The translations under genes were made by a program, and so were the position numbers. Below the pieces are notes generated by a model that searched no databases, was not told the origin of the DNA, and saw only the letters and a program-made list of their open reading frames with translations. A stretch of DNA of 64,000 nucleotides from Felis catus. Its lineage: Eukaryota. Positions 50,662 to 64,000 of the stretch are shown here, piece after piece. Numbering within the stretch: the first letter of the stretch is position 1; each line of letters begins with the position of its first letter. The stretch covers positions 64,854,001 through 64,918,000 of the forward strand of contig NC_058368.1 in NCBI RefSeq assembly GCF_018350175.1, read 5' to 3'.

Positions 50662-53600
50662 TTTTTTTAGCATTTTATTTATTTTTTAAATTTATATCCA
50701 AGTTAGTTAGCATATAGTGCAACAATTATTTCAGATTTCTTAATACACCTTACCCATTTAGCCCATCCCCCCTCCCACAATGCCTCCAGTAACCTTCTGT
50801 TTGTTCTCCATATTTAAAAGTCTCTTATGTTTTGTCCCCCTTCCTTGGTTTCATATTATTTTGTTTCCCTTCCCTTATGTTCATCTGTTTTGTGTCTTAA
50901 AGTCCTCATACGAGTGAAGTCATATGCTATTTGTCTTTCTCTGACTAATTTCACTTAGCATAATACCCTCTAGTTCCATCCATGTAGTTGCAAATGGCAA
51001 GATTTCATTTGTTTTGATTGCTGACTAATACTCCATTGTATGTACATACCACATCTTCTTTATCCATTCACCCATCAATGGACATTTGGGCTCTTTCTAT
51101 ACTTTGGCTATTGTTGATAGTGCTGCTATAAACATTGGGGTGCATGTGTCCCTTTGAAACAGCACACCTGTATCCCTTGGATAAACACCTAGTAGTGCAA
51201 TTCCTGGGCTGTACAGTAGTTCTATTTTTAATTTTTTGAGGAACCTCCATACTGAGGTTCTGAGTACTCAGAACCTCCAGTACTGAGGTACTGGAACCTC
51301 CATTTCCAGAGTGGCTGCACCAGTTTGCATTCTCACCAGCAGTACCAAAGAGATCCTCTTTCTTCATATCCTCACCAACATCTGTTGTTGTCTGAGTTGT
51401 CAATGTTAGCCATTCTGACAGGTTTGAGGTGGTATCTCATTGTGGTTTTGATTTGTATTTCCCTGATGATGAGTGATGTTGAGCATTTTTTCATGTGTCA
51501 CCTTGCCATCCGGATGTCTTCTTTGGAGAAGTGTCTATTCATGTCTTTCGTCCATTTCTTCACTGGATGATTTGTTTTTTGGGTGTTGAATTTGATAAGT
51601 TCCTTATAGATTTTTGATACTAACTCTATCTGATATGTCGTTTGCAAATATCTTCTCCCATTCTGTCGGTTGCCTTTTAGTTTTGCTGATTGTTTCCTTC
51701 CCTGTGCAGAAGCATTTTTGCTGTTGTTTCCCTTGCCTCTGGAAACATGTTGAGTAAGAAGTTTCTGTGGCCAAGGTCAAAGAGGTTTTTGCCTGCTTTC
51801 TCCTCAAGGATTTTGATGGCTTCCTGTCTTACATTTAGGTCTTTCATCCATTTTTGAGTTTATTTTTGGGTATGGTATAAGAAAGTGGTCCAGATTCAAT
51901 CTTTTGCATGTTGCTGTCCAGATTTCTCAGCACCATTTGCTGAAGAGACTGTCTTTATTCCATTGGATATTCTTTTCTGCTTTCTCAAAGATTAGTTGGC
52001 CATACGTCTGTTGGTCCATTTCTGGGTTCTCCTGTTCCAATGATCTGAGTGTCTGTTTTTGTGCCAGTATCATACTGTCTTGATGATTACAGCTTTGTAA
52101 TACAGCTTGAAGTCCAGGATTGTGATGCCTCCTGCTTTGGTTTTCTTTTTCAAGATTGCTTTGGCTATTCGGGGGTCTTTTCTGGTTCCATACAAATTGT
52201 AGGATTGTTTGTTCTAGCTCTGTGAAGAATGCTAGTGTTATTTTGATAGGGATTGCGTTGAATATGTGGATTGCTTTGACATTTCAACAATATTTGTTCT
52301 TCCCATCCAGGAGCATGGAATATTTTTCCATTTTTTTGTGTCTTCTTCAATTTCTTTCATAAGCTTTCTATAGTTTTCAGTGTATAGATTTTTAACCTCT
52401 TTCATTAGTTTTTTTCCTAGGTATTTTATGGTTCTTGGTGCAAATGCAAATGGGATCGATTCCTTGATTTCTCTTTCTGTTGTTTCATTGTTGGTGAATA
52501 GGAATGCAACTGATTTTTGTGCATTGATTTTATATCCTGTGACTTTTCTGAATTCATGGGTCAGTGATAGCAATTTTTTGGTGGAATCTTTTGGGTTTTC
52601 CATATAGAGTATCATGCCATCTGCAAAGAGTGAAAGTGTGACCTCCACCTGGCTGATTTGGATGCCTTTATTTCTTTGTGTTGTCTGATTGCTGAGGCTA
52701 AGACTTTCAATACTATGTTGAATAACAGTGGCGAGAGTGGACATCCCTGTCTTGTTCCTGACCTTAGGGGAAATCTGTCAGTTTTTCCCCATTGAGGATG
52801 ACATTAGCATTGGGTCGTTCATATATGGCTTTTATGATCTTGAGGTATGCTCCTTCTATCCCTACTTTCTTGAGGGTTTTTATCAGGAAAGGATGCTGTA
52901 TTTTGTCAGATGTTGTCTGCATGTAATGAGAGGATCATGTGGTTCTTGTCCTTTCTTTTATTGAGGTGATGAATCACATTGACTGTTTTGCAGATATTGA
53001 ACCAGCCCTTCATCCCAGGTATAAATCCCATGTATAAGTCGTGGTGAATAATTCTTTCAATGTATTCTTGGATCCAGTTGGCTAATATCTTGTGGAGAAT
53101 TTTTGGATCCATGTTCATCAGGGAAATTGGTCTATAGTTCTCCTTTTTAGTGGGGTCTTTGTCTGGCTTTGGAATCAAGGTAATGCTGGCTTCATAGAGT
53201 TTGGAAGTTTTCCTTCCATTTCTAATTTTTGGAACAACTTCAAGAGAATAGTTGTTAACTCCTCCTTAAAAGTTTGGTAGAATTCCCCTGGAAAGCTATC
53301 TGGACCTGGACTCCTGTGTCTTGGGAGATTTTTGATTACTAATTTGATTTCTTTACTGGTTATGGGCCTGGTTCAAATTTCTATTTCTTCATGGTTTAGA
53401 TTTGGTAGTTTATACGTTTCTAGGAATTTGTCCATTTCTCTCAGATTGCCTGTTTTATTGGAATATAATTGTGCATCATTCTCTTATTATTGTTTTTATT
53501 TCTGTGTTGGTTGTGATCTCTCCTCTTTCATTCTTGATTTTATTTATTTTGGTTCTTTCCTTTTTCTTTTTGATCAAATTGGCTAGTATTTATCAAGTTT

Positions 53601-56600
53601 ATTCATTCTTTTTTTTTTTTTTTGGTTTTGAGAGCATTGATTTCTGCTCTAATCTTTATTATTTCCTGTTTTCTGCTGGTTTGGGGTTTTATTTGCTGTT
53701 CTTTTTCCAGCTCTTAAGGTTGGGTTGTGTATCTGAGACCTTTCTTCCTTCTTTAGGAAGGTCTGGATTGCTATATACTTTCCTCTTATGACTGCCTTTG
53801 CTGCACCCCAGAGGTTTTGGGCTATGGTGTTATCATTTTCGTTGGCTTCCATGTACTTTTTAATTTCCTCTTTAACTTCTTGGTTGGCCCATTCATTCTT
53901 TAGTAGGATGTTATTTAGTCTCTAAGTGTTTGTTGCCTTTCCGAATTTTTTCTTGTGGTTGATTTAGGGTGTTACAGCAATGTGGTCTGAAAATATGCAT
54001 GGTATGATCTCGATATTTTTGTACTTGCTGAGGGCTGATTTGTGTCCCAGTATGTGATCTATTCTGGAGAACATTCCATGTGGACTAGAGAAGAATGTAT
54101 ATTCCACTGCTTTAGGATGAAATGTTCAGAATATCTGTGAAGTCCATCTGGTCCAGTATGTCATTCAAAGCCAATGTCCTTGTTGGTTTTCTGTTTAGAT
54201 GATCTTTCCATTGTTGTAAGTGGGATGTTGAAGTCCCCTACTATAATGGTATTATTATCAATAAGTTTCTTTATGTTTGTGACTAATTGATTTATATAAT
54301 TGGGTGCTTTCCCATTTGGAGCATAAATGTTTACAATTGTTAGGTCTTCTTGGTGTACAGACCCCTCAATTATCATATAATATCCTTCTTCATCTCTTGT
54401 TACAATCATTATTTTAAAGTCTAGATTGATATAAGTATGGCTACTCCAACTCTCTTTTGTTGACCATTAGCATGATAGATGGCTTTCCATCCCTTCACTT
54501 TCGATCTGAAGGTGTCTTTAGGTCTCAAGTGGGTCTCTTGTAAACAGCATATAGATGGGTCTTGTTTTCTTGTCCATTCTGTTACCCTGTGTCTTTTGAT
54601 TGGAGCATTGAGTCCAATGACCTTTAGAGTGAGTACTGAAAGATAAGAATTTATTGCCATTTGGAGTTTCTGGTGGTGTTCTCTGGTACTTTCTAGTCTT
54701 TGTTGCTTTTGGTCTTTTTTTTTTCCTCATCTTTTCTCCACTCAGAGAGTCCCCCTTCAAATTTCTTGCAGGGCTGGTTTAGTATTCACAAACTCCTTTA
54801 ATTTTTGTTTGGGAAATTTTTTATCTCTCCTTGTATTTTGAATGACAGCCTTGCTGGATAAAGAATCCTTGGCTGCATATTTTTCCAATTCAGCACGTTG
54901 AACATATCCTCCTACTCCTTTCTGGCCTGCCAAGTTTGTGTGGATAGGTCTGCTGCAAACCTGATCTGTCTTCCCTTGTAGGTTAAGGACTATTTTTCCC
55001 TTGCTGCTTTCATGATTCTTTCTTTCCCTGAGTATTTTGTGAATTTGACTATGATTGGCCTTGTTGATGGTCAGTTTTTGTTGTATCTAATGGGAGTTCT
55101 CTGTGCTTCCTGAATTTTGATGTCTTTGTCTTTCCCCAGGTTAGGAAAGTTTTCCACTATGATTTGCTCACATAACCCTTCTACCCTTTTTTCCCCTCTT
55201 CATCTTCTGGGACCTCTGTGATTCTGATGTTGTTCCTTTGTAATGAGTCACTGATTTCTCTAACTCTTAAATCGTGCTTTTTTGCCTTAGTCTTCCTCTT
55301 TTTTTCTGCTTCATTATTCTCCATAAGTTTGTCCTCTTTATTGCTGATTCCTTGCTGCCATGGCATCCATTTGAGATTGCAGCTCAGTTATAGCATTTTT
55401 AAAATTTCATCCTGACTAGTTTTTACTTCTTTTATCTCTGCAGAATGGGATTCTAATCTATTTTGACCCCAGCTCGTATTCTTATTATTGTGATTCTAAA
55501 GTCTGGTTCAGACATCTTGCTTGTATCTGTGTTGATTAAGGCCCTGGCTATTGTTTCTTCCTGCTTTTTCTTTTTGGGTGAATTCTTTTGTTTTGTCATT
55601 TTGAAGGAAGAAAAGAACTAACAAGGTAAAAATTAAAATAAAAAAATTAAAAATAACACACAAACACACAAAAATCAAATAAATGATGCTGGATCCTAGG
55701 TGTGTTTTGGTCTGGGTGTTGAGAGGAACTTGACAGATTAGAGAAAAAAGGGGGGAGGGGAGGAAAATGTTTGAAACTTTGAAAAAATTAATACAATTAA
55801 TTTTGAAAAAATACAATGAATACAAAATGAAATGATGGAAGTAAAACAGAATTTGAAAAATTTACAAAAAAGTAAAAAAGTTGTAGAAAAAAGTTAAAAA
55901 TATCTTTAATGGAAAATAAATTTTTTCTTTCTGTATTCAAGAAAATGGAAAAAAAAGGTAAAAACAAAATGGAATAGATGGACCAGCAAACAGACTGAAA
56001 CACAATTCAAATTACATTTTTTCCCCTAGAAGTCAAACTGTGAAGCACTTTATAGTCCGTAAACTAAGCAGGTGGAGAGTTTTGTGGTGTTTTGAAGAGC
56101 GAGGTTTGCCCAGTTCAGCGGGTCTTAGTGTAACGGTTCCATTCTCCACTAGATGGTGCTGCTTAGCTTACTGGGGTGGATTGTTGTGGGTCTTTTAGGT
56201 ATGTATGTGCATGCACGGGAGGATTGAAAATGGCCTCACCTAGTTACTCGGTCTCTAGTATTGGAACTCTGTTCTCCCCAATCAGCAATCCTGCACCCGT
56301 GCTTTGTCTCCAGCTTCTGTCCACTCCCTGCTTTTACACTCTCCATGACTAAGCTGTTAGGTTGCCAGGTGGCACCTCCCTCCTGAGTCTTATCTCAAAT
56401 GCGGCTGTATTTCCTGACCCCTCACTTCTGAGGGACTGCAACTTTGACCCATTCTGACCCTCTGTGGGAGGGTCTCATGGAGCAATGGCTGGGTGCCAGC
56501 TGCACCCAAGAACGTTTGTGGGACTGTGCTGCTGCTGATGCCCAGAGACTGCAGCTGGGTGCCAGCCTGCTCCAGAAAAAGTTCACATGATTGGGTAGCA

Positions 56601-57250
56601 GCAGCATTTCAGGGATTATGACAAATCACAACACACATCTGGCACCAGGCCTCCACCCTAAGATTCTTGCTCCAACACCAGTGGATGTGGCTATTCTCTG
56701 GGGTCTGCTGGGACCTTTTGCCTGTGGGGAGGCCACACTGCCTCTACCAAATATCCTGTCCTCCCAGAAGGGGAACCACCTCTCCCCATGTGGCTGAAGG
56801 ATCCCCTGGACTTCAGTCTGTTCCTGGGGATTAACCCTTCCCACCAGAGCACCACCAGGTATGGAATTGCAGAGTTTCAGACTCTGTGCTCCTGCTGTTT
56901 ATAGAATCTTAATGAAATTGAAGCCCTCTCTTTTCTCCCTTTTTAGTTCAGTCCCTGCAGCTGTTTCCACTTTTCCACTTTCTCTCCAGCTGCTTTTAGG
57001 GGGTCTTGCTTTTCCCATACTCTCCCCCCATATCTGTCCTCTCTCTGCAAGCAAAAACAGTTCCCTGCCCTCCGTGGCTTCTCTCTCCCACAGTTCACCT
57101 CTCTGTGCCACGTACCTGGTGAGTTTTGGGTTAATTCTCATATTGGTTTTCTAGGTGCGCAGGATGGTTTAGTGTTGTTCTGGCTATATTTCAGGGACAT
57201 AAGATGCAAAAAAAACTTCGGTGCTGTTCTGCCATCTTGGCTCCTCCCCC
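50662..57250 (-). mobile_element. Younger full-length felid-type LINE-1 (~6.6 kb), inactive; ORF1 ~54730-55599, ORF2 ~50930-54660
   Basis: 5' end GGGGGAGGAGCCAAGATGGC; ORF2 start [22 protein letters not shown] motif; RT motif mutated to FADG; multiple frameshifts. TSD aac(a/t)ctccttta at 50650-50661 and 57251-57262. Confidence 0.97.
57231..57238 (-). promoter_or_regulatory. YY1-type motif (AAGATGGC) at the L1 internal promoter
   Basis: gccatctt lies about 13-20 nt from the L1 5' end, the position of the known L1 YY1 site. The same motif occurs at 60988-60995. Confidence 0.6.
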
Positions 57251-60168
57251 AACTCTCCTTTAAATGTTTGGTAGAATGTACCTGTGAATCCTTCTGGTCC
57301 TGGACTTTTGTTTGTTGTGTATTTCTGAATAGTGATTCAGTTTCTTTGCTGGTTATCGGTCTGTTCAAATTTTTACTTCTTTCTGTGTCAGTTTTGGTAG
57401 TTTGTATTTTTCTTGGAATTTGCCCATTTCTTCTGGGTTGTCCAATTTGTTGGCATATTGTTTTTCACATCATTTTCATAATTGTTTGTATTTCTGTGGT
57501 GTTGGTTGTTACTTCTCCACTCTCATTTGTGATTTTATTTATTTGAATCCTTTTTTTTTTCCTTAAGAAGCCTGGCCATAGGTTTATTAATTTTATTGAC
57601 TTTTTTTTTTTTTAACAAAGAACGAGCTCCTGGTTTATTGATCTGTCCTGTTGATTCTTCTTTCAGTTTCTATATAATTTCCACTCTAATCTTTGTTATT
57701 ACCTTTTTTCTGCTGCTTTTAGCTTTTGTTGTTCTTTTCTAATTCCTTTAGGTATAACATTAGGTTGTTTGAGATTTTTCTTACTTCTTGAAGTAGGCCT
57801 GTCTCTATAAACTTCCCTCTTAGGACCACTTTGCCTCCCAAAGGTTTTGGAACATTGTGTTTTCATTTTCATTTGTTTCCCTATTATTTTATTTCTTGGT
57901 TGACCCATTCATTGTTTAGTAGTTTATTTAATTCCCACGTATTTGTCATATTTCCAGATTTTTTCTTGTGGTTGACTTCTAGTTTCATAGCATTGAGGTC
58001 AGAAAAGATGCATATTATGACTCCAAACTTCTTAAACTTAGTGAGGTTTCTTTTGTGGGCTAATATGTGATCTGTTCTGGAGAATGTTGCATGTGCACTT
58101 GAAAAGAATGTATATTCTGATGTTTTAAGATAGAATGTTCTAAATACATCTGTTCAATACATCTGTTCCAGTGTGTCATTCAAATCCATTTTTTCCTTTT
58201 TAATTTTATATTTATATGATCTGTCTATTGATGTGCTAAAGTCCTCTACTATTATTGTATTACTATTGATTAGCTCCATTATGTTTGTTATTAAGTGTCT
58301 TATATGTATTTGGGTGCTTCTTTGTTGGGTACATGAATGTTTACAATTGTTATGTCTTCTTGTTGGATTGTCCCATTTTAAGTATATAGTGTCCTTCTAT
58401 GTCTGTTGTTACAGTCTATTTTAATGTCTATTTTGTCCAATATCAGTATTGCTACTTCAGCTTTCTTTTGACATCTATTTGCATGAAAGATACTTCTCCA
58501 TACCTCATTTTCTATCTGCAGGTGTCATTATACCTAAAATAAGTCTCTTATAGGTAGCATATAGGTTGATATTATTTTTAAGCCATTCAGTCACACTGTC
58601 TTTGGATTGGAGCTTTTAGTCTATTTACATTCAAAGTCATTATAGATAGATATGCATTTATTGTCATTATTTGTTTTCTGCTTGTTTCTGCAGATGTTCT
58701 CTGATGCTTTCTTTTCTTTCATTTGCTTATTTTTTGTAGTGATCTAGATATAGTTCTCTTTATTTTTGTATATTAGTGGTTTTTGATAGATTACCATTAG
58801 ATTTGTACATAACCTCTTTTGCAGATAGCAGTCTATATTAAGTTAATGGTTGTTGAGTTTGAACCCATTCTCTAGTCTCTTCTCCCCCTGTCTTACGTAT
58901 ATGTTATTTTACTTTGCATCCTTTTAATTTGTGGGTTCCTTGACTGATTTCTTTTACAGAAACATTCTTTTTTACTACTTTTGTGTTTCCTACCTTTAGA
59001 CTGGCACTTTAGGGCTTCTCTTTCCACTGAAAGAGTCCCTTTTATTATTTCTTACAGGGCTGGTTTAGTGGTCATGAACTCCTTTAATTTTTGTTTGGGA
59101 AATTCTTTCTCTCTTCTTCTATTCTAAATGAGAGCCTTGCTAGATAAAGTAATCTGGGCTGCATAGTTTTCCCATTCAGCACATTGAATATATCATACCA
59201 CTTCCTTCTGCCTTAAAAGTTTCTACTGAAAAATCCCCTGCTAGGCTTATGGGTTTTTCCTTCTAAGGTAGTGTCTTCTTTTGCTGCTTTTAACATTTTT
59301 CTTTATCACTATATTTTTGCCACTTAATTATAATATGTCTTGATGTGGATCCACTTTTGTTGATTTTGATGGGAGTTCTCTGTGCCTTCTGGATCTGAAT
59401 ATCTGTTTTCTTCCCCCAGATTAGGCAAGTTTTCAGCCATCATTTCTTCTAATAAGTTCTCTGCCACCTTTTCTCTCTTCTTCTGGGACTCCTATAATAT
59501 GAATGTTATTACATTTGGTGGACTCACTGCTTTCCCTGAGTCTATTCTCATTTTGCATAATTATTTTTTCTCTTTTGTTCAGCTTGGTTACTTTCCATTA
59601 CTCTTCTAGGTCATTAATTCCTTCCTCTTCTTCCAGCCTGCTGTCATTGCATCAAAGTATGTTTCTCATTTCACTTATTAAGCCCTTTATCTCTGCTATG
59701 TTATTCCTTATCTCTGTGTTAAGGGCCCCACTCATGTCTTCCACTCTTAAGTCCAGTGAGTATCCTTATGATTATTACTTTGAATTCTCTATCAGGTGTG
59801 TTATTTAACTCTGTGGCCTTGCCTTAGTCTTTCATTTGGGACAAATTTCTGTTTTCTCATTTTGTCTAAGGCTCTGTGCCTATTCCTGTGTATTAGGAAA
59901 GTTAGCTACATCTCCTGTTCTTGAGAGTTCTGCCCTTATGAAGAAGAGGTTCTGTAGTGCTCTGCCACATAGTGTTCCCTGCTCCCCAGGGTCTGGTGTT
60001 TCAACATGTGCTGTGTGTGCTCTACTGCTTTTGTCCTGGCCTCTTTATCCTTCAGGCCAGTTGTATGCAAAGGCTATCTTTGTCTGTTGTGGGCATTGTT
60101 GGTCCCTGGCCTCAACGTGGTGCATTTTAATTAGGTATGGTCTGGTCTGTTTGTGAAATGAGACCTGT

Positions 60169-60196
60169 CACCACCACCACCACCACCACCACCACC
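60169..60196. repeat. (CAC)n trinucleotide repeat in L1 5'UTR
   Basis: About 9 perfect units. Confidence 0.95.
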
Positions 60197-61300
60197 AGAA
60201 CAAAGGTTCCACAAAACTCCAGAGTCAGAATAATGTAGTGTTGGCAGTGTTGGCAGTCTTCTGGGGTAGTGACCCTCTGTGCTGGGACTGAAGCAAGTGT
60301 GACTGGGAGGGGTGGTTGCACTACAGCATGGGGGGATGGGACTTGATGTAAGCAAGTTAGGTGGGGAGTGTTAGCACTGTGCTGGTTTTGGCAGGTGGTC
60401 CTGTGCTTAGGTTGAGGATCAGGGGAGAGAAATGGTGCCTTCCAGCTCCTTTATTCCTGGAGGGGTCTCTCCATGAATGCTGTTTCTCTGGAACATGCTC
60501 CAAGTTGAGTGAATCACCTACCCAGTGTGTGACCCAGGTGCTCTGAAGATCACAGTTTCCATGATGTATGTCCTCAGGCTGTTTGCCTACCTTCTCTCCA
60601 AGAGCACTGCAATGCCTTCTTTCTGGGCTCTATCCGAGCCTAGCCCACTGACCTTTAAAACTCCAGTTTTTAAGCCCCAAAATGAAATTTGACCCTTCTC
60701 ACTTTCCAAGCCAATGTGCTATGAGATTCTGTGAACTCCCCTATGTGCTAATCTGTTTCTTAGTCTTCTCTATGACTGTGGCTCCCTCCCCACCATAGCA
60801 GCCAAGATATTTCTCTCCTAAACCACCTCTCTGCACTTTTCTCTCTTCAATGTGGCCATTTCTCTCCCCTTAGTTGTGGAGTTGTTCCATTAGTCTTCAG
60901 GTCAATTTCTGGGGTATTTAGGATGATTTGATAGTTATCTAGTTGTGTTCATGGGATGACATGAGCCTAGGGTCCTCCTAGTCCACTGCCATCTTCCAAC
61001 CTCATTTACATTATGATTACAGATAAAAGTTTCCTTAACTAAATAGCTATATTGAAGAAAACTAAGTACTCCTTATAGAAGAGTTATTGAACTAAGACAA
61101 TAAAGTAACTCAGAAAAATAATATGGCAATTTCAAGTTTCTTTGGCTAATCAAAATTCTAGAAACCAATAAAAAGAATTTCTGGAAATTTATTCATTAGC
61201 TACTATAGTATCAAATAGTGTTGCTTTATTAAATATTATAGTACCTTCAGAATATGATACATATAGTGAATGTAGGAATATATGTATTACATATGTAATA

Positions 61301-61346
<46 letters not shown>
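61301..61346. repeat. (TG)n(TA)n compound microsatellite
   Basis: Read directly from the sequence. Confidence 0.95.
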
Positions 61347-61348
<2 letters not shown>

Positions 61349-64000
61349 CCTTTCCATTCCTCAAGTTCACACTTAGTGCAAATAATTTTAGTCTGTGTAT
61401 TATTTATTTTTTCATTTAGAATCATACTATCAATGACAGTATGAAAAATTTTAAAATTGTTTTCTGGATATCTGATACCTTTTTCTAAACGCTGTGTCAT
61501 CGTGGAGAAATTTAAAAATGAATACTTTGTGGTATTAAACTGATTCAGAAATCTGAATTTTCCATGTATAAATATGATAGGCACTCAGAAGAGTATAATT
61601 TTTACTTCTTTCTATGTACAGGTTAGTTTAGTAGAACTCTAGATGGTATAGGGCAGCTGCTGCTAAATAATTGTTTCTAATATTTATATATAATAAGAAA
61701 CAAGAGTGGTTGACTGAGCCATTTGTAAAATTAACACTGAGAAGTGCATTTTTCTTCCTATTGTTATGTCTCAGGCACCATATTGAATATTCTCAATGAA
61801 CAGAAATGAGAATCTGTAAAATAAATAAGCTAAGGCTTGCGTTATTAAAAACTTTATGCAAATGTTTGTTCAAATGGCAAATTTCCCTGGGCATTTAAAA
61901 ATATTTGCAAACAGATTGTTAACTGTGACTGATAGGCAAAGAGTGAAACTACAGCATTAGTAGCTGCTGCCAGCCAAGGATCAACTACAAATTGAGATTG
62001 AGCAGCTGCGAAGCTACAGAGCAAGTTAATTGCCAAAATAATTGCAAATAATGCATACAAAAATTAATTTCCACACAATTTTCAGGGGTAATACTATGTA
62101 CTTAATATAGTGTGAAAGGCATTCTGATCCATTGACCTATAAATAAAGGAGGGAGGAAGAAGGAAGGAAGGAAAGGAAAGGAAGGAAATCACAAATAGAT
62201 AATTACCATTCAGTTCCCGATATGATTCTGAACAAATTTTTCATCCCTTTTTCTTTCCACAAATCCTTATTGAATTACTGCCTTGTATCTTGGGTATACT
62301 GTATACATGACAAGTTCTGTATAGAGATGTGATGAGGATAAGGACATAGCATTGGGTGACAGCCTCTCAGTAGGTGAGGTTTGAATGGAGTCCTGAAGAA
62401 CATGAAAGGAGGAAGGAAGCCTTTTGACAAAGGGAGGGAGTATGATTGTGAGGTGAGAGCGCATCATGTTCAAAGACCCTAAGGCAGCCATATGTATTTA
62501 TCACAGTGAAATGCCAAATAATAAACTGATTTTCCTCTCACTTTTCTTGAAGATAATCGGGATCCTATTAACTCTGCTGTCTGTGACTAAAGACTGGTGT
62601 GTTTCTCATTATTACACCAAAAACCTAAGATATTAAAGGCACCAGTGATTTCAGACACTTTTTATTAGACATGTCTGAGATGCTGCCTTACTTTTGAATA
62701 TAGATTTTCTTCTCTATGATTCATAGCTTGTGATTTTAGTGTAGCTATAGTTTCATTTTCTAGTTAAGAATACAAAATATGACTAGTCAAGGTTTTTGCC
62801 TAGATAGTTTAACCCAGTAGTACCAGAATACTTTTATAAAACCAAATTATTATTGTACTATCTTACTATTTCTTATATTGCCATTTTAAATATAAGCTAT
62901 CAAATATCTCTATTGTTCAATTATTATAATTTCAAAGAGCTCATGCTATTTTATATCTCCCTAATACTTCTGCAAAGATTGCCATTTCCCCCTTTGTCAA
63001 CTGATAAACTGCAGATCATGCTTCAGTTATTATCTATTCCAAGATGATTTCCACTCAACCTCTCTCCTCTTATGCTTTTCTGTGGACCTAGTAGATACCA
63101 TTATTGACTGATGATACAATATTATCTGTTTCCCATACTAGACTGCTCAGAACTTTTATTGCATACAGGAGGTCACATATATAGATTGATTTGATGAAAT
63201 GGTTGTTGATGTGGGGGGAAAAATGTCCTATGGGCAACCTTCCCTATGCTGATCAGGGAATTGTCACAGTGATATATGATTCACTAGTCTGGAAATCTCC
63301 TATTTTGGAACTCTTCATTTTAAATAACCTAGATTTGATTGTTCAAGCTCCAAGATCTAAACTTCTGTGGGGTTAGGTACCAAAAGTGAGGGGCCAGATG
63401 ATTTAATGACCATCCTCTTCCCAAATAAAGGGCCAAACTCCATCAACATTTAGTAATATATTTTTTCCAAATTTAGGCTTCCCAATTTAGCGGTTTGTCC
63501 CCAATGTCTATTTTCCTGTTGAGATTAATGATGATATCATATGACATCTTAGGAGAAAATAAAGGGAAAAGAGTCTATGCCCTTGGGCTCTTCAAAGAGA
63601 AAAGTAAACTCAGAAGCCAGCTTAGAAAAAATGTATAGGGAAAAATTCTAAGAAGAAAATGTACTAGGAACATATTTTACTTCTCTTTAATTGTAAGGGG
63701 AAAAGATCATTCCCTTTAGTAGTTAAAATCTGATCTTCAAAAACATGTTTGGTATAGTATCCCTAAATGGCACAGTACTGTTTTAAAATGAACAAAGAAT
63801 TTAGGACAAAACTAAAATTAAACTCCTCTTACAGTAAAGTAATGAACAGAAATGTTTCATGGAAAACATCAGCTATTTCAACAGCAAAGAATTATTGACA
63901 ATTTGGTTTCAGATATTTGGCCAGTTTAATAACAGTGAGTACCCTGCATTCAAAAGAAAATCAAATAGGTTGGTTTACACTTAGAGATGGAACTAATATC

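Larger units (their letters stand above)
48655..61000 (-). mobile_element. Older carnivore LINE-1 (3' end missing), split into 48655-50661 and 57251-61000 by a younger L1
   Basis: ORF2 peptides [21 protein letters not shown] and [19 protein letters not shown]. The sequence resumes colinearly at 57251 ('tttaaatgtttggtagaa'), and the 5' end is 'gggtcctcctagtccactgccatctt'. Confidence 0.95.

Noticed and set aside
52238..52744. 168-aa reverse transcriptase ORF suggesting an active element or retron-like system
   Set aside because: Part of L1 ORF2, with catalytic FADD mutated to FADG and frameshifts on both sides.
61598..61627. Polypyrimidine + AG|GTTAGT recursive-splice-like motif
   Set aside because: Non-consensus +3 base, a weak downstream donor and no evidence of a host transcript.

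Overview
AT-rich mammalian genomic DNA, almost certainly from a feliform carnivore (cat family). It carries 12 tRNA-derived Can-SINEs, most with the SINEC_Fc-type 'tgctgacagctcagagcctggagcctg' insert, and carnivore-type LINE-1s. About 45% of the window is L1. These are: a 5' half at 1-4458 (-); a composite of 3' fragments at 12.5-13.75 kb (-); an internally deleted copy at 23.0-26.3 kb (+); an old 5'-type fragment at 32.6-33.8 kb; a full-length copy at 34.4-41.2 kb (-); and a younger full-length L1 (50662-57250) nested in an older L1 (48.65-61.0 kb), both (-). The rest is ancient L2/MIR, DNA transposon MITEs (MER20, MER5A, MER58 with nested MER44, MER103-like), one MLT1 LTR, microsatellites and unique non-coding sequence. 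No intact protein-coding gene, RNA gene, CRISPR array or operon is visible. The longer ORFs in the track are broken L1 ORF1/ORF2 pieces, antisense reads of L1, or chance ORFs in repeats. Repeat family names come from remembered consensus sequences, not from a database search. I found no evidence of a new biological system. The most notable items are two candidate orphan exons with good splice signals, an unusual density of 5'-end-bearing L1s, an RT-less L1, and several palindromic 'snap-back' repair scars.
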